A stretch of DNA of 44,413 nucleotides from the IMG/VR virus record IMGVR_UViG_2657245588_000005; one strand, given 5' to 3'. The position numbers and the translations under genes were made by a program. The notes beneath the pieces were generated by a model. It was not told the origin of the DNA. It saw nothing but the letters and a program-made list of their open reading frames with translations, and made no database searches. The DNA is from a virus (Duplodnaviria > Heunggongvirae > Uroviricota > Caudoviricetes). Every line of letters starts with the position of its first letter. Within the stretch, counting starts at the first letter, position 1. This document shows, piece by piece, positions 27,092-38,300 of this stretch.

Positions 27092-27430
27092 ATGCAGGCG
27101 GGCAGATTACGTGATCGCGTAATTATTCTGAATGTCACCACCGCCCGCTCTCCGTCAGGGCATCCGGTGGAGACGGTGACGGAGGGAGCTACCGTATGGG
27201 CAGAAGTTAAGGGTATCAGCGGGAGGGAGATAATCTCAGGCGGAGCAGAAACCGCTCAGGCTACGGTCAGAGTCTGGATGAGATTCCGGCGCGATGTGAC
27301 AGCGACTTCACGTCTGAAAGTGCTGACCGGTGCATTTAAAGGGGCCATTCTGGGTATAGAAGGTCCACCAATACCGGATGCACGCGCTACCCGGCTTGAA
27401 ATACTCTGCAGCCTGAAGGGGAATGTGTGA
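27092..27430 (+). CDS. Head-tail joining (head closure) protein
   Basis: 112 aa with AGGAGGAG RBS; position in the HK97-like module. Confidence 0.65.
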   Translation: MQAGRLRDRVIILNVTTARSPSGHPVETVTEGATVWAEVKGISGREIISGGAETAQATVRVWMRFRRDVTATSRLKVLTGAFKGAILGIEGPPIPDARATRLEILCSLKGNV

Positions 27431-27876
27431 TGGATTTCAGTCTTGATTTTTCCGGCCTGGCGGATATTGCACGGGATTTGGAGACGCTCAGCAGGGCAGA
27501 AAACAATAAGGTTCTGCGCGATGCCACCCGTGCCGGTGCTGAAGTTATGCGGGATGCAGTTGTTGAACGTGCGCCGGAGCGAACCGGGAAACTGAAGAAA
27601 AATGTGGTTGTTCTCACTCAGCGTTCAAAGCGTCGGGGGGAAATTATCTCGGGTGTCCACATTCGCGGACGGAACCTGCGAACCGGAAACAGTGATAACA
27701 GCATGAAAGCCAGCGATCCCCGAAATGCATTTTACTGGCGCTTTGTGGAGCTGGGAACGATAAACATGCCCGCGCATCCATTCATTCGCCCGGCTTTCGA
27801 TACGACAGAGGAGCTGGCGGCGCAGGTTGCCATACAGCGAATGAATCAGGCTATTGATGAGGTCTTAAGTAAATGA
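27430..27876 (+). CDS. Tail component (HK97 gp10-like)
   Basis: ATG overlapping the upstream stop; conserved position. Confidence 0.6.
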   Translation: MDFSLDFSGLADIARDLETLSRAENNKVLRDATRAGAEVMRDAVVERAPERTGKLKKNVVVLTQRSKRRGEIISGVHIRGRNLRTGNSDNSMKASDPRNAFYWRFVELGTINMPAHPFIRPAFDTTEELAAQVAIQRMNQAIDEVLSK

Positions 27877-28217
27877 GGGAGGGCACACTGTATTCCCTGT
27901 TGTCTCAGCTGGCCGGAGGACAGGTTTATCCTTATGTGGTCCCGCTGACGGAGGGAAAGCCTGCAGTATCTCCGCCGTGGCTGGTGTTTTCTGTGGTGTC
28001 TGACACGGTATCTGATGTGCTTGATGGGCAGGCTGAATCCAGAATTACCGTGCAGATCGATGTCTGGGCGACAGTACCTGATGACGCAGATAATATTCGT
28101 GAGCAGGCGCTTGATGCGGTAAGAAAACTGGCACCCTCCGTTATTTCTAAAACGCAGGGTTATGATCCTGACTCCCGTCTGAGCAGAGCCACGCTTGAAT
28201 TCCAGGTAATAGCCTGA
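27873..28217 (+). CDS. Tail completion protein (gp11-like)
   Basis: 114 aa; start overlaps the upstream stop; terminator downstream. Confidence 0.6.
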   Translation: MREGTLYSLLSQLAGGQVYPYVVPLTEGKPAVSPPWLVFSVVSDTVSDVLDGQAESRITVQIDVWATVPDDADNIREQALDAVRKLAPSVISKTQGYDPDSRLSRATLEFQVIA

Positions 28218-28237
28218 GGTCATTAATGATTTTACCC

Positions 28238-28260
28238 ACCCGCCGCTGGCGGGTTTTTTT
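28238..28260 (+). terminator. Rho-independent terminator before the major tail gene
   Basis: CCCGCC-GCTG-GCGGG hairpin followed by TTTTTTT. Confidence 0.7.
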
Positions 28261-28277
28261 ATTTTCAGGAGACGAGT

Positions 28278-28982
28278 ATGTCCTCTAATTTTGAGCGTTC
28301 GCAACTGACGAAAATTATGATTTCGTCTGCACCGGTAACAGCAGAAACCCTGGATTCTGCCAGCTATCTTGGCCTGAGCTGTACAATCAAAGAGGTGCAG
28401 TTTACCGCAGGACAAAAGCAGGATATTGATGTCACCACGCTGTATTCTGTTGAGCAGGAAAATATTAACGGTCTTGGGGCTGCTTCAGAGATTTCCATGT
28501 CAGGCAACTTTTATCTGAATGCTGCCCAGAACGCGTTGCGCAGTGCCTATGACAATGACACCACGTATGGCTTTAAAGTTATTTTTCCGTCAGGCAACGG
28601 ATTTACCTTTATGGCAGAGGTGCGTCAGCATACCTGGTCTGCAGGAACCAATGGTGTTGTGGCTGCAACGTTTTCTCTGCGCCTGAAAGGTAAGCCTGTG
28701 CTGACGACAGAGCAGCTGAAAGTGAAGGTCGATTTAAAAAGCACGCTGCGGGTTGCTTCCGGAGCGAAACTTGAAATGGCGGTTGAGGCTGTGGGTGGTG
28801 TGCCGCCTTATTCTTATGCCTGGAAAAAAGGTGGTTCTCCTGTTTCCGGACAGACGGCGGCAACGTTCAGTAAGGCATCAGCAGCATCCGGTGATGCCGG
28901 TGCGTATACCTGCGAGATTTCTGATTCAGCGAGCCCGGTTAACAAAGTGACCTCCACTTCCTGCACTGTAACCGTCAGTTAA
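28278..28982 (+). CDS. Major tail protein (lambda V-like) with C-terminal Ig-like domain
   Basis: 234 aa with AGGAGA RBS; C-terminal Ig-like segment ('AVGGVPPYSYAWKKGG...AGAYTCEISD'); precedes the G/GT chaperone pair. Confidence 0.75.
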   Translation: MSSNFERSQLTKIMISSAPVTAETLDSASYLGLSCTIKEVQFTAGQKQDIDVTTLYSVEQENINGLGAASEISMSGNFYLNAAQNALRSAYDNDTTYGFKVIFPSGNGFTFMAEVRQHTWSAGTNGVVAATFSLRLKGKPVLTTEQLKVKVDLKSTLRVASGAKLEMAVEAVGGVPPYSYAWKKGGSPVSGQTAATFSKASAASGDAGAYTCEISDSASPVNKVTSTSCTVTVS

Positions 28983-29368
28983 TGAGGATGGATGTGATGA
29001 CTAAAAATATCCGTAATCTGGCACTGGCAACGATGTCGGGGTTTCGCCATAAAACCGTTGATGTGCCTGAATGGGAGGGAGCAACGGTTGTGTTACGGGA
29101 ACCTTCTGCAGAAGCCTGGTTGCGCTGGCAGGAGATCGTTAAAGCAAAAGATGATGAGACACCGTTATCCGTTGCGGAGCGCGCCCGCCGAAATCTGGAG
29201 GCAGATGTTGAACTGTTCATTGATGTTCTGTGTGATACCGGACTGCAACCCGTATTTTCAGAGGATGATCGTGAACAGGTGATTGCCGTGTATGGCCCGG
29301 TGCATGCGCGGCTTCTTCGGCAGTCTCTGGAACTGATCAGTGATGCCGGCGAGGTTAAAAAAAAGTAG
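28982..29368 (+). CDS. Tail assembly chaperone (lambda G-like)
   Basis: 128 aa; ends '...EVKKK*' with an A AAA AAG slippery heptamer just before the stop; the T-like ORF follows in the -1 frame. Confidence 0.7.
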   Translation: MRMDVMTKNIRNLALATMSGFRHKTVDVPEWEGATVVLREPSAEAWLRWQEIVKAKDDETPLSVAERARRNLEADVELFIDVLCDTGLQPVFSEDDREQVIAVYGPVHARLLRQSLELISDAGEVKKK

Positions 29369-29670
29369 CGCTTCCGGGGATGCGTTTTCTGATGATGCTG
29401 GCGCTCAGGATGGGGCGCACATTGTCAGAGTTACGCCGGGAAATGTCCGCATCAGAAATCATGATGTGGGCAGAATTTGACAGGTTCAGCCCGCTGGGGG
29501 ACGAACGGGCTGATTTCCGGGCTGCCCAGATTGTTTCAGCTATTTACGGTGCGCAGGGGGTCAAAGTGTCACTGAATGATGCGCTTCTTCAGTGGGAGAA
29601 GGAGCAGACAGAAGGCGCTTCAGATCCATTTGCCGGACTGGAAAACGCGCTTTTAATAGTGTCTCAGTGA
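29359..29670 (+). CDS. Tail assembly protein T region, expressed as a G-T fusion by programmed -1 frameshift
   Basis: The -1 frame is open from the slippery site (A AAA AAG at 29359-29365) through 29670; this frame has no credible independent start. Confidence 0.6.
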   Translation, partial: KKVALPGMRFLMMLALRMGRTLSELRREMSASEIMMWAEFDRFSPLGDERADFRAAQIVSAIYGAQGVKVSLNDALLQWEKEQTEGASDPFAGLENALLIVSQ

Positions 29671-29710
29671 GTCAACATAACCGCTTCGGCGGTTTTTTTT
29701 CGTCCGGAGA

Positions 29711-32700
29711 ATGAGTGTGGCGACATTACGTGAACTGATTATTAAAATCTCGGCAAACTCCCGGTCATTCCAGTCAGAGATCTCCCGGGCTTCGCGTATG
29801 GGGCAGGATTACTACCGCACCATGCAGAACGGAGGCCAACAGTCTGCTGCTGCCTCCCGTGAAATGCGGCGTGCACTGGCAGAAGTGACGGATCAGATAA
29901 ATACAGCTAAATCTTCGGCACTGAATATGGCGGGGGCATTTGCCGGGGCTTTTGCTACCGGTCATCTTATTTCTCTCGCCGATGAGTGGAATTCAGTAAA
30001 TGCCCGTCTGAAGCAGGCCTCACAGTCCAGTGATGATTTTCAGGCATCACAGCGTGAATTAATGGCGATCAGCCAGAGAACGGGGACGGCGTTTTCTGAT
30101 AACGCCAGCCTTTTTGCCCGTTCTGCAGCTTCCATGCGGGAGTATGGTTACAGTTCTGAGGAGGTACTGAAAGTCACCGAGGCGATCTCCACGGGCCTGA
30201 AATTATCCGGTGCCAGTACAGCAGAAGCCAGTTCGGTGATCATGCAGTTCAGTCAGGCACTGGCGCAGGGAGTGCTGCGCGGTGAAGAGTTTAACTCGGT
30301 GAATGAGAACGGCGATCGTGTTATTCGTGCGCTGGCTGCGGGAATGGGGGTTGCCCGTAAGGATCTGAAGGCCATGGCGGATAACGGAAAACTGACCGCC
30401 GATAAGGTTGTTCCTGCACTGATTAGTCAGCTTGGGGCGTTGCGTGATGAATATGCAGCAATGCCTGATACTGTTTCATCCTCTGCAACCAAAGTTGAAA
30501 ACGCCTTTATGGCCTGGGTTGGTGGTGCGAACGAGGCAAGCGGAGTGACAAAGACACTCTCCGGTGTGCTGAATGGTGTTGCAGACAATATTGATACCGT
30601 GGCTGCTGCAGCTGGCGCACTGGTTGCCGTCGGGGTAGCCCGATATTTTGGCAATATGGCGTCGTCTGCTGGATCTGCAACTGCCGGATTAATTACTGCA
30701 GCCAGAAACGAAGTGGCTCTTGCTGAAGCGCAACTTCGGGGGACACAGATAGCAACCGCCAGAGCGCGTGCGGCGGTTTATCGTGCGCAACAGGCGGTTG
30801 TTGCTGCTCGCGGTACCGAAAGGCAGGCCGCAGCAGAAGCGAAGCTGACAGCTGCTCAGGCGTCACTTACCCGTAATATTGCGGCCAGAACAGCGGCGCA
30901 GACAACGCTGAATACTGTCACGTCAGTGGGGAGTCGTCTGTTAAGTGGTGCGCTGGGGCTGGTTGGTGGTGTGCCGGGACTCGTCATGCTGGGGGCGACG
31001 GCCTGGTACACGATGTATCAGAATCAGGAGCAGGCCAGAGAATCTGCACGCCAGTATGCCGCAACAATCGACGAAATTCGCCAGAAAACGTCGGCAATGT
31101 CGCTTCCTGAAGCGTCAGATAATGAGGAAAAGACGCGGCAGGCACTTGATGAGCAAAACAGGTTAATTGACGAGCAGAAAAGTAAGATTAAATCCTTACA
31201 GGAAAAAATTGCTGGCTATCAGTATGTGCTGGCAAACCCGGGCTGGACAACCGATAACGGTTTTATGATTAACCACATGACGTCGGTAAAAACAGTCACA
31301 GAAGGGCTTGCAGAAGCAACAAATCAACTGGCAGTTGAACAGTCCCGTCTCACACAAATGCAGGGCAAAGCGCAATCCATTCAGGATGTGCTTGCCGGGC
31401 TGGAGGAGCGGCGGGTTGCGTTGATCCGTCAACAGGCGGCGGAACAAAACAAAGCGTATCAGTCCCTGTTGATCATGAATGGGCAGCATACCGAGTTTAA
31501 TCGCCTTCTTGGGCTTGGTAATGAATTACTTCAGCAGCGACAGGGGTTGGTGAATGTACCGTTACGGCTACCACAGGCAACCCTGGATGATAAACAGCAG
31601 ACCGCACTGAATAACAGCAAGCGCGAACTGGCTCTGTCCCGCCTTAAGGGGGAAGCGCGTGAGCGTGCTCGACTGGGCTATGCTGCGGATGATCTTGGCT
31701 TTGTGGGAGAGGCGTATCAGACAGCCAGACAGAATTATATCAATAACTCACTGGATGCCTGGCGAAATAACCAGGCAAATAAACCCAAAGCGCATAAAAA
31801 GACCGAAGCGGAAAAAACAGAAGATATTTATAAACGGCTGATTAAACAGCAAAAAGAACAGATAGCACTGGCAGGGCAGAATACTGAACTGGCTAAGATG
31901 AAATATCAGGTCAGTCAGGGCGAATTATCAACCCTGTCAGAAGCGCAGAAAAAAACGCTTTTGCAGAATGCAGCACTCATCGACCAGAAAAAGATTCGTG
32001 AGCAGCTTGCTGCGTATGAAAGCAGCCTGGCGGACAGTAATGCCAGTACCCGGGCGTCTAACGACGCGCAGTTACTGGGATATGGTGAAGGCTCACGGAT
32101 GCGTGAACGACTCCAGGAAATGTGGAGTATCCGGCATGAGTTTGAGCAGAAAAATAACGAGCTGCTGAGACAGTATCAGGCCGGAGAAATTGAAGAAGCC
32201 CTGTGGAAACAGGAGAAAGAACTGAATAAAAAATATCTGGAAGAGCGTCTCAGCGATCAGCAGGATTATTATGCAAAGGCCGATGCTTTACGTAATAACT
32301 GGAATGCAGGACTCCAGGAGGGGCTGACCAACTGGGCAGACAGTGCCACCGATTATGCTTCGCAGGCGGCAGATGCTGTCGTTTCCACTATGGACGGGCT
32401 GGTATCAAATATTTCCGATGCACTGGCCGGAAATGTTGTGGACTGGAGGAACTGGGGGAGTTCAGTTCTCCGGGAAGTTTCAAAAATTCTGATGAATGCA
32501 GCCATTGTTAACGGACTGAAATCACTCTCCGGTGCCGGAGGGTGGCTTGGTACGGTCGGCGGATGGATTTCGGGGGCAGTGGCAAACGCAAAAGGTGGTG
32601 TTTACACATCGGCAAATCTGAGTGCTTACAGTAACACTATTGTGGATACACCGACGTATTTTGCTTTTGCGAAGGGGGCCGGGTTGATGGGCGAGGCCGG

Positions 32701-32944
32701 GCCTGAAGCAATCATGCCACTGACACGGGCAGCGGACGGCTCTCTTGGGGTCAGGGCCATTGGAGATGTGAATGGTGGCGGTGGATTTGTTTATTCTCCC
32801 GTGTATCACATCAGCATTCAGAATCAAGGGAGCAATGGCGAGATAGATGCGCGCTCAGCCAGGGGACTGGTGGATCTGATCGACAGCAGGGTTGTGTCAA
32901 TTATGCAGTCATCGCGTCGGGATGGAGGATTGTACAGTGCCTGA
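29711..32944 (+). CDS. Tail tape measure protein (lambda H-like)
   Basis: 1077 aa, Ala/Gln-rich coiled-coil protein in the canonical position after G/GT. Confidence 0.9.
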   Translation: MSVATLRELIIKISANSRSFQSEISRASRMGQDYYRTMQNGGQQSAAASREMRRALAEVTDQINTAKSSALNMAGAFAGAFATGHLISLADEWNSVNARLKQASQSSDDFQASQRELMAISQRTGTAFSDNASLFARSAASMREYGYSSEEVLKVTEAISTGLKLSGASTAEASSVIMQFSQALAQGVLRGEEFNSVNENGDRVIRALAAGMGVARKDLKAMADNGKLTADKVVPALISQLGALRDEYAAMPDTVSSSATKVENAFMAWVGGANEASGVTKTLSGVLNGVADNIDTVAAAAGALVAVGVARYFGNMASSAGSATAGLITAARNEVALAEAQLRGTQIATARARAAVYRAQQAVVAARGTERQAAAEAKLTAAQASLTRNIAARTAAQTTLNTVTSVGSRLLSGALGLVGGVPGLVMLGATAWYTMYQNQEQARESARQYAATIDEIRQKTSAMSLPEASDNEEKTRQALDEQNRLIDEQKSKIKSLQEKIAGYQYVLANPGWTTDNGFMINHMTSVKTVTEGLAEATNQLAVEQSRLTQMQGKAQSIQDVLAGLEERRVALIRQQAAEQNKAYQSLLIMNGQHTEFNRLLGLGNELLQQRQGLVNVPLRLPQATLDDKQQTALNNSKRELALSRLKGEARERARLGYAADDLGFVGEAYQTARQNYINNSLDAWRNNQANKPKAHKKTEAEKTEDIYKRLIKQQKEQIALAGQNTELAKMKYQVSQGELSTLSEAQKKTLLQNAALIDQKKIREQLAAYESSLADSNASTRASNDAQLLGYGEGSRMRERLQEMWSIRHEFEQKNNELLRQYQAGEIEEALWKQEKELNKKYLEERLSDQQDYYAKADALRNNWNAGLQEGLTNWADSATDYASQAADAVVSTMDGLVSNISDALAGNVVDWRNWGSSVLREVSKILMNAAIVNGLKSLSGAGGWLGTVGGWISGAVANAKGGVYTSANLSAYSNTIVDTPTYFAFAKGAGLMGEAGPEAIMPLTRAADGSLGVRAIGDVNGGGGFVYSPVYHISIQNQGSNGEIDARSARGLVDLIDSRVVSIMQSSRRDGGLYSA

Positions 32945-33278
32945 GCCTGAAGTTTTTAACTGGATCCCCCGTGAGGGGATGGAGACGACACGAAAGCCAT
33001 CAGTTATTACGGTAAAGTTTGGTGACGGATATGAACAGCGACGGGCTGGTGGTCTGAATGCGGATCTGAAAACGTTTAAACCGGTATTTCGTGTCACAGA
33101 TGAATATTCCCGTGCCGCGCTGGACAGTTTTTTATCCCGTCATGCCGGGATTCGTGCTTTTTTGTGGCGTCCGCCAAAACACAACAGGACTGTCCGGGTT
33201 GTCTGCAGGGAGTGGAGCATTTCGGATAATGCCATGTATACCGATTTTAACTGTACCTTTGAAGAGGTCACTCACTGA
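32937..33278 (+). CDS. Minor tail protein M
   Basis: GTG start at 32937 (GGAGGA 7 nt upstream) overlapping the tape measure stop; lambda M-like size and position. Confidence 0.75.
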   Translation: MPEPEVFNWIPREGMETTRKPSVITVKFGDGYEQRRAGGLNADLKTFKPVFRVTDEYSRAALDSFLSRHAGIRAFLWRPPKHNRTVRVVCREWSISDNAMYTDFNCTFEEVTH

Positions 33279-33976
33279 TGCAGGATATACAGCAGGAAAC
33301 ACTCAATGAGTGCACTAAAACGGAGCAATCCGCGCTGGTCGTGCTCTGGGAAATTGATCTGACAGAGGTCGGCGGAGATCGTTATTTCTTCTGTAATGAG
33401 CAGAACGAAAAAGGTGAACCAGTCACCTGGCAGGGGCGGCAGTATCAGGCTTATCCCATTCAGGGAAGCGGATTTGAGATGAACGGCAAAGGAGCCAGTG
33501 CAAGGCCAACGCTTAAAGTCTCTAATCTGTACGGCATGGTCACCGGGATGGCGGAAGATATGCAGAGTCTGGTCGGCGGAACGGTGGTCCGGCGTAAGGT
33601 TTACGCCCGTTTTCTGGATGCGGTGAACTTCGTCAACGGAAACAGTTACGCCGATCCGGAGCAGGAGGTGATCAGCCGCTGGCGCATTGAGCAGTGCAGC
33701 GAACTGAGCGCGGTGAGTGCCTCCTTTGTACTGTCCACGCCGACGGAAACGGATGGCGCTGTTTTTCCGGGACGTATCATGCTGGCCAACACCTGCACCT
33801 GGACCTATCGCGGTGACGAGTGCGGTTATAGCGGTCCGGCTGTCGCGGATGAATATGACCAGCCAACGTCCGATATCACGAAGGATAAATGCAGCAAATG
33901 CCTGAGCGGTTGTAAGTTCCGCAATAACGTCGGCAACTTTGGCGGCTTCCTTTCCATTAACAAACTTTCGCAGTAA
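33278..33976 (+). CDS. Minor tail protein L
   Basis: 232 aa with C-terminal Cys cluster (CSKCLSGCKF) typical of lambda L. Confidence 0.85.
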   Translation: MQDIQQETLNECTKTEQSALVVLWEIDLTEVGGDRYFFCNEQNEKGEPVTWQGRQYQAYPIQGSGFEMNGKGASARPTLKVSNLYGMVTGMAEDMQSLVGGTVVRRKVYARFLDAVNFVNGNSYADPEQEVISRWRIEQCSELSAVSASFVLSTPTETDGAVFPGRIMLANTCTWTYRGDECGYSGPAVADEYDQPTSDITKDKCSKCLSGCKFRNNVGNFGGFLSINKLSQ

Positions 33977-33981
33977 ATCCC

Positions 33982-34725
33982 ATGACACAGACAGAATCAG
34001 CGATTCTGGCGCACGCCCGGCGATGTGCGCCAGCGGAGTCGTGCGGCTTCGTGGTAAGCACGCCGGAGGGGGAAAGATATTTTCCCTGCGTGAATATCTC
34101 CGGTGAGCCGGAGGCGTATTTCCGTATGTCGCCGGAAGACTGGCTGCAGGCAGAAATGCAGGGTGAGATTGTGGCGCTGGTCCACAGCCACCCCGGTGGT
34201 CTGCCCTGGCTGAGTGAGGCCGACCGGCGGCTGCAGGTGCAGAGTGATTTGCCGTGGTGGCTGGTCTGCCGGGGGGCGATTCACAAGTTCCGCTGTGTGC
34301 CGCATCTTACCGGGCGGCGCTTTGAGCACGGGGTGACGGACTGTTACACGCTGCTCCGGGATGCTTACCATCTGGCGGGAATTGAGATGCCTGATTTTCA
34401 TCGTGAGGATGACTGGTGGCGTAACGGCCAGAATCTCTATCTGGATAATCTGGAGGCGACGGGGCTGTATCAGGTGCCGTTGTCAGCGGCACAGCCGGGC
34501 GATGTGCTGCTGTGCTGTTTTGGTTCATCGGTGCCGAATCACGCCGCAATTTACTGCGGCGACGGCGAGCTGCTGCACCATATTCCTGAACAACTGAGCA
34601 AACGAGAGAGGTACACCGACAAATGGCAGCGACGCACACACTCCCTCTGGCGTCACCGGGCATGGCACGTATCTGCCTTTACGGGGATTTGCAACGATTT
34701 GGCCGCCGCATCGACCTTCGTGTGA
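33982..34725 (+). CDS. Tail assembly protein K (MPN/JAB plus NlpC/P60 domains)
   Basis: 247 aa; 'HSHPGG' JAB-like motif and a C-terminal Cys/His (NlpC/P60-like) region; lambda K position. Confidence 0.85.
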   Translation: MTQTESAILAHARRCAPAESCGFVVSTPEGERYFPCVNISGEPEAYFRMSPEDWLQAEMQGEIVALVHSHPGGLPWLSEADRRLQVQSDLPWWLVCRGAIHKFRCVPHLTGRRFEHGVTDCYTLLRDAYHLAGIEMPDFHREDDWWRNGQNLYLDNLEATGLYQVPLSAAQPGDVLLCCFGSSVPNHAAIYCGDGELLHHIPEQLSKRERYTDKWQRRTHSLWRHRAWHVSAFTGICNDLAAASTFV

Positions 34726-35270
34726 AAACGGGGGCCGAAGCCATCCGGGCGCTGGCCATGCAGATCCCGGCGTTTCGTCAGAAACTGAGCGATGGCTGGT
34801 ATCAGGTGCGCATTGCCGGGCGTGATGCAGGCGAAAACGAATTATCAGCCCGTCTTAATGAGCCGCTGAAAAATGGTGCCGTGATCCACATCGTTCCGCG
34901 TCTTGCGGGAGCAAAAAGTGGCGGTGTGTTTCAGGCGGTGCTGGGTGCGGCGCTGATTGCAGTGGCGTGGTGGAACCCTGTGGGCTGGCTGGGAGCTGCG
35001 GCTGTATCGGGCATGTATGCTGCGGGGGCCAGTATGATCCTTGGCGGTGTGGCGCAGATGCTGGCACCGAAAGCCAGAACTCCCCGTACACAGACAACGG
35101 ATAACGGTAAGCAGAACACCTATTTCTCCTCACTGGATAACATGGTTGCCCAGGGCAATGTTCTGCCCGTTCTGTACGGTGAAATGCGCGTGGGGTCGCG
35201 GGTGGCTTCTCAGGAGATCAGCACGGCAGACGAAGGGGACGGTGGTCAGGTTGTGGTGATTGGTCGCTGA
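34623..35270 (+). CDS. Tail assembly protein I
   Basis: 215 aa overlapping the K 3' end (start may be the internal ATG at 34662); Gly/Ala-rich hydrophobic C-terminal half; lambda I position. Confidence 0.75.
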   Translation: MAATHTLPLASPGMARICLYGDLQRFGRRIDLRVKTGAEAIRALAMQIPAFRQKLSDGWYQVRIAGRDAGENELSARLNEPLKNGAVIHIVPRLAGAKSGGVFQAVLGAALIAVAWWNPVGWLGAAAVSGMYAAGASMILGGVAQMLAPKARTPRTQTTDNGKQNTYFSSLDNMVAQGNVLPVLYGEMRVGSRVASQEISTADEGDGGQVVVIGR

Positions 35271-35287
35271 TGCAAAACGTTTTATGT

Positions 35288-35318
35288 GAAACCGCCTCAG
35301 GGCGGTTTTGTCGTTTCT
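35288..35318 (+). terminator. Terminator-like hairpin between I and J
   Basis: AAACCGCC-TCAG-GGCGGTTT hairpin followed by a T-rich tract. Confidence 0.5.
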
Positions 35319-35330
35319 GGAGCGTGAGGA

Positions 35331-38300
35331 ATGGGTAAAGGCAGCAGTAAGGGGCATACCCCGCGCGAAGCGAAGGACAACCTGAAATCATCCCAGATGC
35401 TGAGCGTGATAGACGCCATCAGTGAAGGGCCGGTTGAAGGTCCGGTGGATGGATTAAAAAGCGTGCTGCTGAACAGTACGCCGGTGCTGGACACTGAGGG
35501 GAATACCAACATCTCCGGTGTCACGGTGGTGTTCCGTGCCGGTGAGCAGGAGCAGACACCGCCGGAGGGGTTTGAATCCTCCGGCTCCGAGACGGTGCTG
35601 GGTACGGAAGTGAAATATGACACGCCGATCACCCGCACCATCACGTCTGCAAACATCGACCGTCTGCGCTTTACCTTCGGTGTGCAGGCACTGGTGGAAA
35701 CCACCTCAAAGGGGGACCGGAATCCGTCGGAAGTTCGCCTGCTGGTTCAGATACAGCGTAATGGTGGCTGGGTGACGGAAAAAGACATCACCATTAAGGG
35801 CAAAACCACCTCGCAGTATCTGGCCTCGGTGGTGGTGGATAACCTGCCGCCGCGCCCGTTTAATATCCGGATGCGCAGGATGACGCCGGACAGCACCACA
35901 GACCAGCTGCAGAACAAAACGCTCTGGTCGTCATACACCGAAATCATCGATGTGAAACAGTGCTACCCGAACACGGCACTGGTCGGCGTACAGGTGGATT
36001 CGGAGCAGTTCGGCAGCCAGCAGGTGAGCCGTAATTATCATCTGCGCGGGCGCATTCTGCAGGTGCCGTCGAACTATAACCCGCAGACGCGGCAATACAG
36101 CGGTATCTGGGACGGAACGTTTAAGCCGGCATACAGCAACAACATGGCCTGGTGTCTGTGGGATATGCTGACCCATCCGCGCTACGGCATGGGGAAACGT
36201 CTTGGTGCGGCGGATGTGGACAAATGGGCGCTGTATGTCATCGGCCAGTATTGCGATCAGTCGGTGCCGGACGGTTTTGGCGGCACGGAGCCGCGCATCA
36301 CCTGTAATGCGTACCTGACCACACAGCGCAAGGCGTGGGATGTGCTCAGTGATTTCTGCTCTGCGATGCGCTGTATGCCGGTATGGAACGGGCAGACGCT
36401 GACGTTCGTGCAGGACCGACCGTCGGATAAGGTGTGGACCTATAACCGCAGTAATGTGGTGATGCCGGATGATGGTGCGCCGTTCCGCTACAGCTTCAGC
36501 GCCCTGAAGGACCGCCATAATGCCGTTGAGGTGAACTGGATTGACCCGAATAACGGCTGGGAGACGGCGACAGAGCTTGTGGAGGACACGCAGGCCATTG
36601 CCCGTTACGGTCGTAACGTCACGAAGATGGATGCTTTTGGCTGTACCAGCCGGGGGCAGGCACACCGCGCCGGGCTGTGGCTGATTAAAACAGAACTGCT
36701 GGAAACGCAGACCGTGGACTTCAGCGTGGGTGCCGAAGGGCTTCGCCATGTACCGGGCGATGTCATTGAAATCTGCGATGATGACTATGCCGGTATCCGC
36801 ACCGGCGGGCGCGTGCTGGCGGTAAACAGCCAGACCCGGACGCTGACGCTCGACCGTGAAATCACGCTGCCATCTTCCGGCACCACGCTGATAAGCCTGG
36901 TTGACGGGCAGGGGAGTCCGGTCAGCGTGGAGGTTCAGTCCGTCACCGACGGCGTGAAGGTGAAAGTGAGCCGTGTTCCTGACGGCGTTGCTGAATACAG
37001 CGTATGGGGGCTGAAGCTGTCGACGTTGCGCCAGCGCCTGTTCCGCTGCGTGAGTATCCGTGAGAACGACGACGGCACGTATGCCATCACCGCCGTGCAG
37101 CATGTACCGGAAAAAGAGGCCATCGTGGATAACGGGGCGCACTTTGACGGCGACCAGAGCGGCACGGTAAATGGTGTCACGCCGCCAGCGGTGCAGCACC
37201 TGACCGCAGAAGTCACCGCAGACAGCGGGGAATACCAGGTGCTGGCGCGCTGGGACACGCCGAAGGTGGTGAAGGGCGTGAGCTTCCTGCTTCGCCTGAC
37301 CGTGGCAGCGGATGACGGCCGTGAGCGGCTGGTCAGCACGGCCCGGACGACGGAAACCACTTACCGCTTCACACAACTGGCTCTGGGGAACTACAGGCTG
37401 ACAGTCCGGGCAGTAAATGCGTGGGGGCAGCAGGGCGATCCGGCGTCGGTATCGTTCCGGATTGCCGCACCGGCAGCGCCGTCGCGGATTGAGCTGACGC
37501 CGGGCTATTTTCAGATAACCGCCACGCCGCATCTTGCGGTTTATGACCCGACGGTACAGTTTGAGTTCTGGTTCTCGGAAAAACGGATTGCGGATATCAG
37601 GCAGGTTGAAACCAGCGCGCGTTATCTTGGTACGGCACTGTACTGGATAGCCGCCAGTATCAATATCAAACCGGGCCATGATTATTATTTTTACGTTCGC
37701 AGTGTGAACACCGTTGGCAAATCGGCATTCGTGGAGGCTGTCGGTCAGCCGAGTGATGATGCATCCGGTTATCTGGATTTTTTCAAAGGCGAGATAGGGA
37801 AAACCCATCTGGCTCAGGAGCTGTGGACGCAGATTGATAACGGTCAGCTTGCGCCTGACCTGACTGAAATCAGGACGTCCATAACGGATGTCAGCAATGA
37901 AATCACGCAGACCGTCAATAAGAAACTGGAAGACCAGAGTGCGGCAATCCAGCAGATACAGAAGGTTCAGGTTGATACAAATAATAACCTGAACAGCATG
38001 TGGGCAGTGAAGCTGCAGCAGATGCAGGACGGACGCCTTTATATTGCGGGTATCGGTGCCGGTATTGAGAACACCCCTGACGGCATGCAGAGTCAGGTGC
38101 TGCTGGCGGCAGACAGGATTGCGATGATTAATCCTGCGAATGGCAACACAAAGCCGATGTTTGTTGGTCAGGGCGATCAGATATTCATGAATGAAGTGTT
38201 CCTGAAACGCCTGACGGCCCCCACCATTACCAGCGGTGGCAGTCCTCCGGTATTTTCCCTGACATCAGACGGAAAGCTGACCGCTAAAAATGCGGATATC

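Noticed and set aside
33272-33988. 238-aa minus-strand ORF opposite minor tail protein L
   Set aside because: Antisense shadow of L; no RBS and no protein-like features.
35931-37808. 625-aa minus-strand ORF inside the J gene
   Set aside because: Antisense shadow of the J coding region; Arg/His/Pro-rich composition with no protein-like character; J fully accounts for the region.
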